Positions 1 through 10,400 of a stretch of 64,000 nt of DNA are shown piece after piece. The position numbers and the translations under genes are program-made. Location of the stretch: the IMG/VR virus record IMGVR_UViG_3300020152_000021, positions 19,868 through 83,867 of that record; one strand, 5' to 3'. The notes below the pieces were generated by a model, which saw only the letters and a program-made list of their open reading frames with translations, did no database searches and was not told where the DNA came from. Each line of letters opens with the position of its first letter. Position 1 is the first letter of the stretch. The stretch is from a virus.

Positions 1-1812
1 ACTGCAAATGACCAAGTCATCATTCCCACCGTCAGGGTGATCAATACGATTGTTTTTAATGATCAGTGAAGAGATTTGTGTTACTAATTTCTCGTCATAC
101 AAGCAATAGCCAGTGAACTTAAGCATAGAGATAAGCGTGGTGCTATATAGCTCAGAACGAGAAGTCACGCCAGTGCCAGAAGTCACAAAACCAATATGCT
201 TCTTATACTTAACAAACACAGAATCATCATAGTAACGAGCTTTAATGATTTCTTCGTATTCTTTCTGATATTGTTCTTTATTCTGGAAGATCGTGTTATA
301 TAAACGAGTAAACGGATTGATCTCGTGAGTTAACAACTTTTGAATGATGTAATCGATGATACTTGCTGCTGAACTACGACGTTCAATAATCATGGTACTG
401 TTCTCGTATTTCAGTAAGAACGATACAAAGAAGTCTGCTAATGTAATCAGGTTAATTTCGTTAAAGGTAGCCGTACAAATGATCTCACCGTTCGTATGAT
501 CACGTACTACAAATCCAATATCATCTCGTCCTACCCCGTCTGAGGTATCCACACCGATGACAAAGTGATGTCCGTTATTCTTTCTCCATTCAACTTCTTC
601 TTTCGGGATATACCAACGAAGTAGATAATTGTAAGGAGCATAGAATTCCGAGAAAGGTAATTCGACTACATGCTTTTTAATGATCTCGATATATTCTTTC
701 GGGATCGGCGACTTATTAGAACCAGACAACCATTGGTTAAAGATATCTCGTTTGATGTTTTCAGGAGTAGAAATGTTCTCTGCTAATTTCTTTTCCAGCC
801 ATTCATCGTCATAACCTAACTGACGATAACTTAACGTGATGTTAATGATAGGACGCTTGGCTTCATTCTTACCTGCATTCGAATTCTTATAAATTAATTC
901 GTTCAGATCTTTTAAATTTAAAGCATCAAAGAAATGCTCATCTAACGTAGTAGCCGCATTAGCAAGTTGGAACACATATTTACCGTCACGGTCATCGGTG
1001 TTACCAGCAGTTGTCGCTAAGATAGTCCCGTAAGGCTTTCCATTGGCTTCTGCCGCAGTACGTGCAGCATTACCCGACATTAGCATCGCACCCATAGCGA
1101 TAGCGATATTATCAATAAACGCCGCTTCGTCAACGAGGTTAATCGGTGAGGTAAAACCACGACCTACTTTTTCAGCTTGCTTAGGGGATGAGGACGACAG
1201 CGCGCCTTTAAACGAGTTATTGATCGGTTCCTTCAAACGGACTTCGTCGGTATTGAAAATATCTTTCTTCGTTGAGAAGTTAAGATACTCAGGTAACTCA
1301 TCGAATAAATCTTTAACTTTCTTTAACGTTTCAGCTTTCAGACCTTCCGATTTAGTCAGAAGGTTGATAAACGTATTAGTAGAACCAAAGTTAAGTAAGT
1401 ATTTAACTAGTTCCATTAACATCGTCGTCTTACCGGTCTGACGCAGAATAACGATCAAGACCATGACATGGTTAAAAAAGAACCAATACAACGCAATATT
1501 GGCTCGATTTGCTTGGAACATCGTTGGTACTAAACTACCAGGAACGGGAATACGAGCGACTTCTCTTAACGCATACCAGAAATTATTTTTACATTCATAA
1601 AGGACTTTTGCTTTAATATGGATCGGTAAATTTTCATCGAAAGGATCGACGTGTTCTAGTTCAGGTTGCAGTAGCGATAAATGGAACGCACAGTTCTTCA
1701 CACCCATGCGATGATAGATTTCTGCTAGTCTAAGAAAAGATTCGTTCTTAGTACTGTAGTGAATAATAGCATTTGGGTGCTTATCTACCCAGTCAGATTC
1801 AAATAAGATCAT
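1..1812 (-). CDS. terL: Terminase large subunit (3' end runs off the window), phiKZ gp25-like
   Basis: Not in the ORF track; translated by hand. ATG at 1812 gives MILFESDW; in-frame Walker A LRQTGKT (~1446), Walker B NLVDEAAF, and nuclease motif FVIGVDTSDGVGRDD (~549). Confidence 0.9.
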   Translation of the reverse strand, partial: MILFESDWVDKHPNAIIHYSTKNESFLRLAEIYHRMGVKNCAFHLSLLQPELEHVDPFDENLPIHIKAKVLYECKNNFWYALREVARIPVPGSLVPTMFQANRANIALYWFFFNHVMVLIVILRQTGKTTMLMELVKYLLNFGSTNTFINLLTKSEGLKAETLKKVKDLFDELPEYLNFSTKKDIFNTDEVRLKEPINNSFKGALSSSSPKQAEKVGRGFTSPINLVDEAAFIDNIAIAMGAMLMSGNAARTAAEANGKPYGTILATTAGNTDDRDGKYVFQLANAATTLDEHFFDALNLKDLNELIYKNSNAGKNEAKRPIINITLSYRQLGYDDEWLEKKLAENISTPENIKRDIFNQWLSGSNKSPIPKEYIEIIKKHVVELPFSEFYAPYNYLLRWYIPKEEVEWRKNNGHHFVIGVDTSDGVGRDDIGFVVRDHTNGEIICTATFNEINLITLADFFVSFLLKYENSTMIIERRSSAASIIDYIIQKLLTHEINPFTRLYNTIFQNKEQYQKEYEEIIKARYYDDSVFVKYKKHIGFVTSGTGVTSRSELYSTTLISMLKFTGYCLYDEKLVTQISSLIIKNNRIDHPDGGNDDLVICS

Positions 1813-1916
1813 AGTTAATATTCTCCCTATGGTTATAGGTATAGTCAAATTATCGGAAGAACTAGTGAAATTAAAAAAGACTGGAGTATTTTTTGAATCC
1901 AATAAAGGAAAAGGCT

Positions 1917-4900
1917 ATGTTATTACTGCTTAATCAGTTTATACTCAAACAAGCTATAAGAAGTCCGTTATATCTTCTTAACCCGACAATCGTTCCTCAG
2001 GAGTTAGTTTCCTTACCTAGATTTTCTGTTTTGCACTATCTTGAAACCAAACAAGAAAATCATTTTCCGGTAAGAGATCTTTATTACTTTAGAAACATCT
2101 CTAGTAATAAGAAGATTCCTATCACGCATATCTTAGATCTGGAAAGTAAAGACGAGACTACTAGTATCGAGAATAAGCTTGCTGCTGCTGAAACTCGGAA
2201 GTGGAACCAGTCTAATTTAAAGTACTTCAGACCAACAGATCTGTTAGAGATTCCTAACACAGACACTAATCTGATTGCTCTTTACAATTACAATCTGCTC
2301 AAAGATCTGTATAAATATAAGACCTCTCCGCAGGCTAACTACTATAAATTCTTCAACTTAAATTATACTTATTGGAATAATGTTCAGAAAGCTATTGTTG
2401 CGGATACTGAATCGGTACATTTTGTCTCGATTAATCTACCGAACAATATTCCTAATTACAACGTCATTAACGTACTGTTGAAGTTTAATGTTGTTAAACT
2501 TAGCCGTGTCATTAGTGACACTGATCTTCTGCAACTGTTAGATCTTTACAAATGGTTAACTAGCGACACCAGAGGAAGCTCTACGCTGAAAAACATTTCT
2601 GATGAAGATTCTAAGAAAATCATCATTGAGTTCAAATATAAAGGTCACAGTTGCTTCTTGCCTTTGCATTTGATTCGTTCGATGAGTAAAGATTCTGAGT
2701 TAGAATGTGATGTTAAGGTTCCTGACTTAAAGATTCAAAAAGTTTTTATCTTGATGGTGCATAAAGTCCAAGACAAGATTAACACTCTGCTTGAACAGAA
2801 TAAAGAAGACGTAGAGATCAAAGACGATACTGTTGAAGAACTGTCTGCGCAAATTAAAGCAGAAGATCAAGAAGTCAATGATGATGATGCTCCGACTGAT
2901 AAAGATGTATTAGATTCCTTACCTGATATTAATAGCATCGTTAAGATCGATAACATCGAAGGTATTGAAAAAGACTTGGAAGTTAAAAGCTTCGATAACT
3001 TAATTGATACCGAGATTACTCGTTTTGAATCGGATAACGAAGAAACCGATAAGCTTTACGAAGAAACTATTCTGAAAGCGGAAAAGGAAGCAGAAGTTGT
3101 CACGGAAGAGACTCCTGTTATTGCTAACATTCCGCCAGAGACTATTGAAACACTTTTAAGTAATAAAACTACGGAAGACCGTTTTAATAAATACATCCAA
3201 GAAGCTATAGAGTTTAAGACTCTTACTTCTAGTGAAATAAGAGCACTTAAGAAGACCAGAGAAGCACGCGTATTACTTAAGTCTCCGTATGATAAAGATA
3301 CTGCATTAGATATTTCTAAACGTATTACTCCTCTTGACGTGGAGTTAACTCCGCAAGAGTTAAAACTCAATATCGATAGTAACTTAGTAGAAGACAATTT
3401 AAAGAAAGAAGTTATCAACAAGTTCGATAAGAAGTACATTGATAATGTTCTTAAGAAAGATGTGATCGCTTGTGTTAGTCATTTAGAGAACTCGAATCTG
3501 ATTATCAAAGACTACACAGTGGAAGAAAATAAGACTTCGTTAGGGAACTACGAAGTGCATAAGTTAACGGTGAAGCCTTTCAATGCAAAAGAATCAACGA
3601 TCTATTTTAGATTACCGAAGATTGACAAAGAAGGTGAGTTCATTGCATCCGGTATTAAGTATCGTATGCGTAAACAAAGAACCGATCTGCCGATTCGTAA
3701 GATCTCTTCTACGAAGGTAGCACTTACTAGTAACTATGGTAAGTTGTTTATCTTTAGAACAGAAAAGAAAGCTAACGATCCTTACGAGTATCTGGCTAAC
3801 TTTATTCGTAACAATTACATCAATGAAGAAGGTTTAGTTACCAAGATTGTTCCTGGTGGCAGAAATCTCAATCATGTTAACTTACCTAACATCTATCACT
3901 ATCTAAGCACACAGTTCACTGAAATTCATACAACGAAGTTCAGCTTACTGTTGAATTACAATGAAAGACATCATTACATCGGTGAGGGTGTTCTAAAAGA
4001 CATTGAAAGTAAGAAGTTAACCTTCTGTGGTTACTTACCTAATAAGCATATTCTTGTTACTGATTTCTCTGATGTCTTCTATGATTACACGGCTGGCATG
4101 ACACCTCTGGGTAATATCGAAGAACTGTTGGAATTAGACACTACTAAGATTCCTAAACCTTATAGCGCAATTAAACTGCTTGGAGATAACATTCCTCTGG
4201 GTATTTGTATGGCGTATTACTTAGGTTTAAGTGAATTGATTGCTATCACCGGTACACAAGCTACCACGATAGAAAGTAATAAACAGTATAAACCTAACCG
4301 TAACGAGATAGTTTTGAAGTTTAGCGACTACAAGCTTATTCTTACGATACCGAACAAAGAAACTGAATTACTGTTCAATGGTTTCTTCTACTACAAAGAC
4401 TTTATTAAACAACACTCGATTCGAGAATTTGGTTATAAAGATATCTATCTGAATTTGTTAGAGTTTAGAGACGGTAGCTTAATCCATATTAAAGAGTTAA
4501 ATCTTCTCGAAGAGTTATTTTTAGATCCAATCACTGTCGATGTTCTAAAGAGTATCAATGAACCGACAGATTATTTTAGACTGTTATTGAGAGCCAATGA
4601 ACTACTCAGAGATTTCTCTTATCCTGATATTAATGACCCTAGCTATTCTCGAATTCGTGGTTACGACCGTATACCTGGGTTAATGTACAAAGCTTTGTCC
4701 GAGAGTATCCGTGACTATAAGTTTAAGAATGGTAATAAGAGTAAAGTAGAACTTGACCCGTATAAGGTTTGGAACTACATTACCCAAGATAGTACTGTTA
4801 AGATTACTGAAGATATCAATCCTATTCTGGATGTCAAAGAAGCAGAGACGTTAACTCTTTCTGGCTCTGACGGCTTGAATAAAGACGCTACACCGAAGTT

Positions 4901-6230
4901 ATTGAGACGTTACCATAAGAACGATCTCGGATTGATTTCTGAAGCGACTGTGGATAGCTCTGACGTTGCTTTAAATATTTATCTGACTCCTTTTGCGAAG
5001 ATCAAGAACGTAAGAGGATTAGTCGATAACAACAATGTAGAAAGCCAAGAGAATAAATCGAAAGTGTTTTCGACTTCTGTTCTCTTAGCGCCTATGTCTG
5101 AATATGACGATCCCAAGCGTATTAACTTCGTTAGTATTCAGAACTCACATACCATCTCTTCTCAGGGTTATGCACAACCGATTCTGCGAACAGGTTTTGA
5201 ATATGTGATGCCTTATAAGGTAGGTAGTTTGTATTGTTCTATTGCTAAAGATAGTGGTGAAGTGGTAGAGAAAACTGCCAAGCTTCTCACTGTTAAATAT
5301 AAGAGTGGAGAAATTGAATCTATTCCTCTGGGTAATAAATACGGAAGAATGGAAGGTTCGGTTTATCCGCATTCGTTAGTCTCTGATTTGAATGTCGGTA
5401 CTAAGTTTAAGAAAGACGATTATCTCGTTTACAATGAAAACTTCTTCGAGAAAGATTGGTTAGACCCGTCGAAGCTAGTGATGAAATTTGGTAGAAATGT
5501 TTCTGTTGCTTTAACGATGAATGAAGAAGTGTTTGAGGACTCCTCGGCTATTTCTTCGGAACTCAGTAAGCAAATGACGACTACCATTGTAAAGGAAAAG
5601 ATCTTCGTTATTGAGTTCGGTAAGAATATCATCAATGTACTACCGGAAGGAACTGCTGTTGATCCTAACACGATTCTGTTTACGGTAGTCGATGAAAATA
5701 CGGATTACAATAACTTATCGGAGTCCACTATTGAAATGCTGCAGAGTTTAGCATCACTATCTCCTAAAGCTAAAGTCAATGGTGTTATAGATCGATATGA
5801 GGTAAAATATAACGGTGAAACATCCGATATGTCTCCAAGTATCAAGAAACTAGTTAATAGATTAGATCGATTAACTTATGATGAGACTAAAGGAACGGAA
5901 TACGAAGTCACAAACAATCGTGTTACTTCTGAATATCGTTCTGAAGGCAAAAACCTTCATTTAGATACGTTAGAGTTAAAAGTCTTTATTAAGATTGATA
6001 TTACTTCTGCTGTCGGTGACAAAGGTGTGTTCGCTAACCAGATGAAATCAGTTATCTCGGATGTGTATACTTCGACGATAACGACGGAGTCGGGATTACG
6101 TGTTGACGCTATGTTTAGTTATAAGGGTATTTTGAATCGTATTGTGAACAGTCCGATTCTCATGGGTACTACTAACCGATTAGTCAAGCATGTTAGTAAG
6201 AAAGTAGCTGATGTGTACTTTGGTAGTTAA
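1917..6230 (+). CDS. Virion RNA polymerase beta-like subunit (phiKZ gp178-like)
   Basis: About 1437 aa from the ATG after AAGGAAAAGG; beta-type motifs RINFVSIQNSH, VFEDSSAIS, GDKGVFANQMKSV, VDAMFS. Confidence 0.85.
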   Translation: MLLLLNQFILKQAIRSPLYLLNPTIVPQELVSLPRFSVLHYLETKQENHFPVRDLYYFRNISSNKKIPITHILDLESKDETTSIENKLAAAETRKWNQSNLKYFRPTDLLEIPNTDTNLIALYNYNLLKDLYKYKTSPQANYYKFFNLNYTYWNNVQKAIVADTESVHFVSINLPNNIPNYNVINVLLKFNVVKLSRVISDTDLLQLLDLYKWLTSDTRGSSTLKNISDEDSKKIIIEFKYKGHSCFLPLHLIRSMSKDSELECDVKVPDLKIQKVFILMVHKVQDKINTLLEQNKEDVEIKDDTVEELSAQIKAEDQEVNDDDAPTDKDVLDSLPDINSIVKIDNIEGIEKDLEVKSFDNLIDTEITRFESDNEETDKLYEETILKAEKEAEVVTEETPVIANIPPETIETLLSNKTTEDRFNKYIQEAIEFKTLTSSEIRALKKTREARVLLKSPYDKDTALDISKRITPLDVELTPQELKLNIDSNLVEDNLKKEVINKFDKKYIDNVLKKDVIACVSHLENSNLIIKDYTVEENKTSLGNYEVHKLTVKPFNAKESTIYFRLPKIDKEGEFIASGIKYRMRKQRTDLPIRKISSTKVALTSNYGKLFIFRTEKKANDPYEYLANFIRNNYINEEGLVTKIVPGGRNLNHVNLPNIYHYLSTQFTEIHTTKFSLLLNYNERHHYIGEGVLKDIESKKLTFCGYLPNKHILVTDFSDVFYDYTAGMTPLGNIEELLELDTTKIPKPYSAIKLLGDNIPLGICMAYYLGLSELIAITGTQATTIESNKQYKPNRNEIVLKFSDYKLILTIPNKETELLFNGFFYYKDFIKQHSIREFGYKDIYLNLLEFRDGSLIHIKELNLLEELFLDPITVDVLKSINEPTDYFRLLLRANELLRDFSYPDINDPSYSRIRGYDRIPGLMYKALSESIRDYKFKNGNKSKVELDPYKVWNYITQDSTVKITEDINPILDVKEAETLTLSGSDGLNKDATPKLLRRYHKNDLGLISEATVDSSDVALNIYLTPFAKIKNVRGLVDNNNVESQENKSKVFSTSVLLAPMSEYDDPKRINFVSIQNSHTISSQGYAQPILRTGFEYVMPYKVGSLYCSIAKDSGEVVEKTAKLLTVKYKSGEIESIPLGNKYGRMEGSVYPHSLVSDLNVGTKFKKDDYLVYNENFFEKDWLDPSKLVMKFGRNVSVALTMNEEVFEDSSAISSELSKQMTTTIVKEKIFVIEFGKNIINVLPEGTAVDPNTILFTVVDENTDYNNLSESTIEMLQSLASLSPKAKVNGVIDRYEVKYNGETSDMSPSIKKLVNRLDRLTYDETKGTEYEVTNNRVTSEYRSEGKNLHLDTLELKVFIKIDITSAVGDKGVFANQMKSVISDVYTSTITTESGLRVDAMFSYKGILNRIVNSPILMGTTNRLVKHVSKKVADVYFGS

Positions 6231-6241
6231 TCGCTAAATCT

Positions 6242-6270
6242 CCACTCACGGGGTTCGTCCTCGTGAGTGG
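6242..6270 (+). terminator. Intrinsic terminator-like hairpin
   Basis: CCACTCACG...CGTGAGTGG followed by a T-rich tract, just after the RNAP gene. Confidence 0.7.
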
Positions 6271-6305
6271 TTGAATTTTTTGATTTTTAATAAAGGAAAT
6301 TAGAC

Positions 6306-7325
6306 ATGCCAGTCACTTATCCTCTCGACTTAACAGGAGTTAGCCCTGCTAACCTTGTAACTAATGAATTACATAGTGTTAACGAAGCCCATTTTAGAGA
6401 CTACTTCTTTATTGTACCTAACTTTGCTCCGTTCTATGTAGATAACTTTAAAGCTACTATTACCATTGGTAGTACCACTAGAGATCTCGTTGAAGATGTG
6501 GACTTCTCTTTTGCTTTGTCTTATGTCACCGGTACGCGTGTGACTGGTAAAGCAATGTATGGAGCGATCACACTTCATAATTTAAACTTGAACGGTATTA
6601 TTAATCTTCAAGCTTATCAGACTATCGGTGGTGATCAAATCGCTGACCGCTTACAAGTTCTGACCCTATTGGCAGATAAAGCCTATAATCCTCGAACGAC
6701 GATTTGGGATATTCTTACTAATGTTCCGAATGCCTTGCCGCCTTCTCCTCACTATCAAGACTATGACCAATTTTTCGGTCAAGAAGAAGTAGTGAATGCG
6801 TTAGGTCAGATTCGTGACGCGATCATTCAAAATTCGTCGTTGACGCAAGATCAAATTGCTCAGTTCTTACAACTGTTAAATGCGGGTAATCTCTCCACCT
6901 TCATGAAGAGAACCGGCGACAACATGACTGGACCTTTAACTCTATACGGTCCGCCAATCACTGATTTACATGCTGCCACGAAGAAATATGTCGATGATAA
7001 CACTATCAATTCTGATGAGTTATCGAATTACATGTCGCAATATCATAATGCAACGTATGTAGATCAAGCTTTAGGAAATAAAGTCAACAAAGTTGGCGAT
7101 ACGATGACAGGTCATCTGACGTTAAATGCTGATCCTATTCAGAATTTACACGCAGCGACTAAAAACTATGTAGATACTACTAAATCAAATCTTGAGTCGC
7201 AAATTCAACAAGTCGCTTCTTCTGTTCAAGAATTAAGCCAAAACCCTGTGACAAAAGAATATGTCGATAATAAACTCGCTGAAGTATTAGCTTATATTCA
7301 ATCAGTCGTAATTAATAGAGCGTAA
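6306..7325 (+). CDS. Virion structural protein (baseplate/fibre-associated)
   Basis: N-terminal YPLDLTG..N..E.H domain resembles that of 14247-15335; C-terminus has GDxMTGxLxL...AATKxYVD fibre repeats. Confidence 0.7.
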   Translation: MPVTYPLDLTGVSPANLVTNELHSVNEAHFRDYFFIVPNFAPFYVDNFKATITIGSTTRDLVEDVDFSFALSYVTGTRVTGKAMYGAITLHNLNLNGIINLQAYQTIGGDQIADRLQVLTLLADKAYNPRTTIWDILTNVPNALPPSPHYQDYDQFFGQEEVVNALGQIRDAIIQNSSLTQDQIAQFLQLLNAGNLSTFMKRTGDNMTGPLTLYGPPITDLHAATKKYVDDNTINSDELSNYMSQYHNATYVDQALGNKVNKVGDTMTGHLTLNADPIQNLHAATKNYVDTTKSNLESQIQQVASSVQELSQNPVTKEYVDNKLAEVLAYIQSVVINRA

Positions 7326-7455
7326 TTAATATATTAAGTAGGTATCTTAGAGAATAAAATCTCTTGGAGTAATAGTACCTGGGGTTGTATAGGGAACTAA
7401 AGCCTAGTAATAGGAAATACACCATTAGTAATTTTTTTAACAAAGGAGTTTAGTA

Positions 7456-10400
7456 ATGAAACTTAATATTTATGGCAATATGCCTATTATTACCCCTCGC
7501 GACCCACAAGTCCCGATGGAAGCGGCTAATAAGAACTACGTTGACAACACGATGGCACAACATGCTAACAACATGTCGCTGCACCTGACCGTTGATCAAA
7601 ATACGTTTCTTGATAGCTTAACTATTAACGCTACCGAAGCTAACAGACTGTCTGGTATTACTGGCAACGTCCAAACTCAATTGGATAATAAAGTTGCTCT
7701 GTCTGGTAGTGTGATGACTGGTCTACTGACTCTGTCTGGTAATCCTACTGGTAATTTACACGCTGCAACGAAACAGTACGTAGATAGTCAAGACGCGTTA
7801 AATGTCAGCAAAGCTGGCGACACGATGACTGGCGATCTTACCCTGAAGGGTGATCCGACTAGTGCTCTGCATGCTGCGCCGAAGCAGTATGTTGACGCCA
7901 CTGTCAATAGTCACGCTGATGACGCTACCAAGCACTTGACTGCTGCCCAAAACACGTTCTTAGACGCGGTGACGGTCTCGTCGACTGAAGTCAACCAACT
8001 CGCTGGTGTTACCTCTGCTGTCCAGACTCAATTAGACAGTAAGTTACCGAAGTCGGGCGGTACGATGACTGGTGATCTGGTTCTGAACGCAGACCCGACC
8101 GCTAATCTGCAAGCTGCTACTAAGAACTATGTTGATACCAAAGACGCATTGAAGGTCAACAAAGCCGGTGACACCATGACTGGTGCTCTGGTTCTGCCGG
8201 GTAATCCGACGGCTAGCTTAGAAGCAGCACCGAAGCAATATGTGGATAGCACGGTATCGACCCATGCTAGCGACACTGCGCTGCACTTAACGGCATCGCA
8301 GAATACGTTCTTAGACGCGGTGACGGTATCGTCGACTGAAGTGAACCGTTTGGCTGGTGTGACCAGTGATGTTCAGACGCAACTTGATAGTAAACTGGCA
8401 TTAGCCGGTGGTACTATGACTGGTAGTCTGAACCTTGCTGCTGACCCGACCGTCAGTACGGAAGCCGCTACGAAGAACTACGTTGACACTAAGGACGGTC
8501 TGAAAGTCAGTAAAGCTGGTGACACGATGACTGGCGCGTTAACGCTGGCTGGTAATCCTGAGAATGCTCTTGAAGCTGCGCCGAAGCAGTACGTTGATAG
8601 TACAGTTACGTCGCACGCTGATGATGCTACCAAGCACTTGACTGCTGCTCAGAATACTTTCCTCGACGGCGTTTCTGTTAGTTCGACGGAAGTTAATCGC
8701 TTGTCTGGTGTTACTGACAACGTTCAGACCCAACTCGACGCTAAGCTGAATCTGGCTGGCGGCACGATGACTGGTACTCTGGTGCTGTCTGGTGCTCCTG
8801 TTAATCCGTCTGATGCTGTCACGAAGACTTACGCTGACACGCAAGACGCTCTGAAGGTCAGTAAGTCCGGCGACACGATGACTGGTGCGCTGACTCTGCC
8901 TGGCGATCCTACGACTAATCTGCAAGCTGCTACGAAGCAGTATGTTGATAGTACTGTGACTGATCACGCTAACGATGCTGCTAAGCACCTTACCGTTGCT
9001 CAGAATACCTTCCTTGACGCTGTTACCGTTACCGCAACTGAAGTTAATCAGTTAAGTGGTGTTGGTAGCAACGTTCAATCGCAACTCGATGACAAGTTTG
9101 CTAAAGCTGGTGGTTTGATTACTGGCGACGTCACGCTTGATACTGGTAAGACGATCTTCGTTTCGAAGGTTCCGGATGCTGGTACTGAAGTTGTCAATAA
9201 GGCTTATGTTGATTCGAAACTCAACGGTCAGGATTGGAAAGATCCTGTCACTGATGTTGAGCTTGTCGATATCGCTCTTGATACTCCTCCTGCTTCTCCG
9301 GTTGCTAAGGATGTATATATCATTGGTGATGCCCCGACTGGCGCTTGGGCTGGTAAAGCTGGCTATGCTACTTTCCACAATGGCACTGAATGGGTCTTCC
9401 TGCAAGGTCGTGCTGTAGCCGCTGGCGATCGTTTCGGTGTGGCGTTTACGTCTGCTACCGCTCTGACTGGTACTCTGGTTGGTCAAGGTAAGAAGATCAT
9501 CACGATTATCGATGCCACTCCGGGTGCAATTCAGTTTACCACTGACGCTCTGAGCGCTGCTGCTACGACTCTGGTATTCGATCCGCAATCTTCGAAATTC
9601 GGTGTGTCTTACACGCTGACTGACGAAGGCAACTGGGTTCCGACTAATACCTCGGTTAACTTGACGGCTGGTGAAGCTTTAGATCTGTCTGGTAATATTC
9701 TTAACGTCAAACATGGCGATGGCTTAGAAGTCAATGCTGACGTTCTCGAAGTTAAGCTTGATACTTCTACTGGTGTTGAATTCACCGCTGGTGGTGCTGT
9801 TGCTGTTAAGCGTGATGGTACTACGATTTCTGCTTCTGCTAATGGTATTAAGGTTAGCGACGCGGTAATTTCTGATATCGCTGATAAAGTTTCGAAGACT
9901 GGCACTAGTGCTGTTACTGGTTCTGTTACCTTCGACACGAATGCTTCGCTGAAGACTAACTTTACTGCAACTGACGATGCTCACGTTGTTAATAAAGGTT
10001 ATGTTGATGCCGCTGATGAAGCTCTTGACGGTCGTGTAGATACGCTGGAAACCACTGTTGGTACTCTTAACAGTGATCCGACGACTAAGACTTATGTCGA
10101 TCAACAAGACGCTCTGAAGGTCTCCAAAGCTGGCGATACGATGACTGGTGCTCTCACGCTGCCGGGTGATCCTACTGCTGATCTGCAAGCTGCGCCTAAG
10201 CAATATGTGGACAGCACGGTATCGACGCACGCAAGCGACGATGCTCGTCACTTAACCACTGCTCAGAATACGTTCCTTGACGCTGTTACGGTATCTGCTA
10301 CTGAAGTGAACCGTCTTAACGGCGTAACTAGTAACGTTCAAACCCAAATCGATAGTAAACTGGCGTTAGCTGGTGGTACGATGACTGGTGCATTAGCACT

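Noticed and set aside
1043-1441. 132-aa plus-strand ORF
   Set aside because: Antisense to the terminase gene, which carries clear in-frame motifs.
2300-2309. Exact match of unit 9 spacer A (caaagatctg) in the RNAP gene
   Set aside because: Flanks do not match spacer B in either orientation; a single short match is unremarkable in 64 kb.
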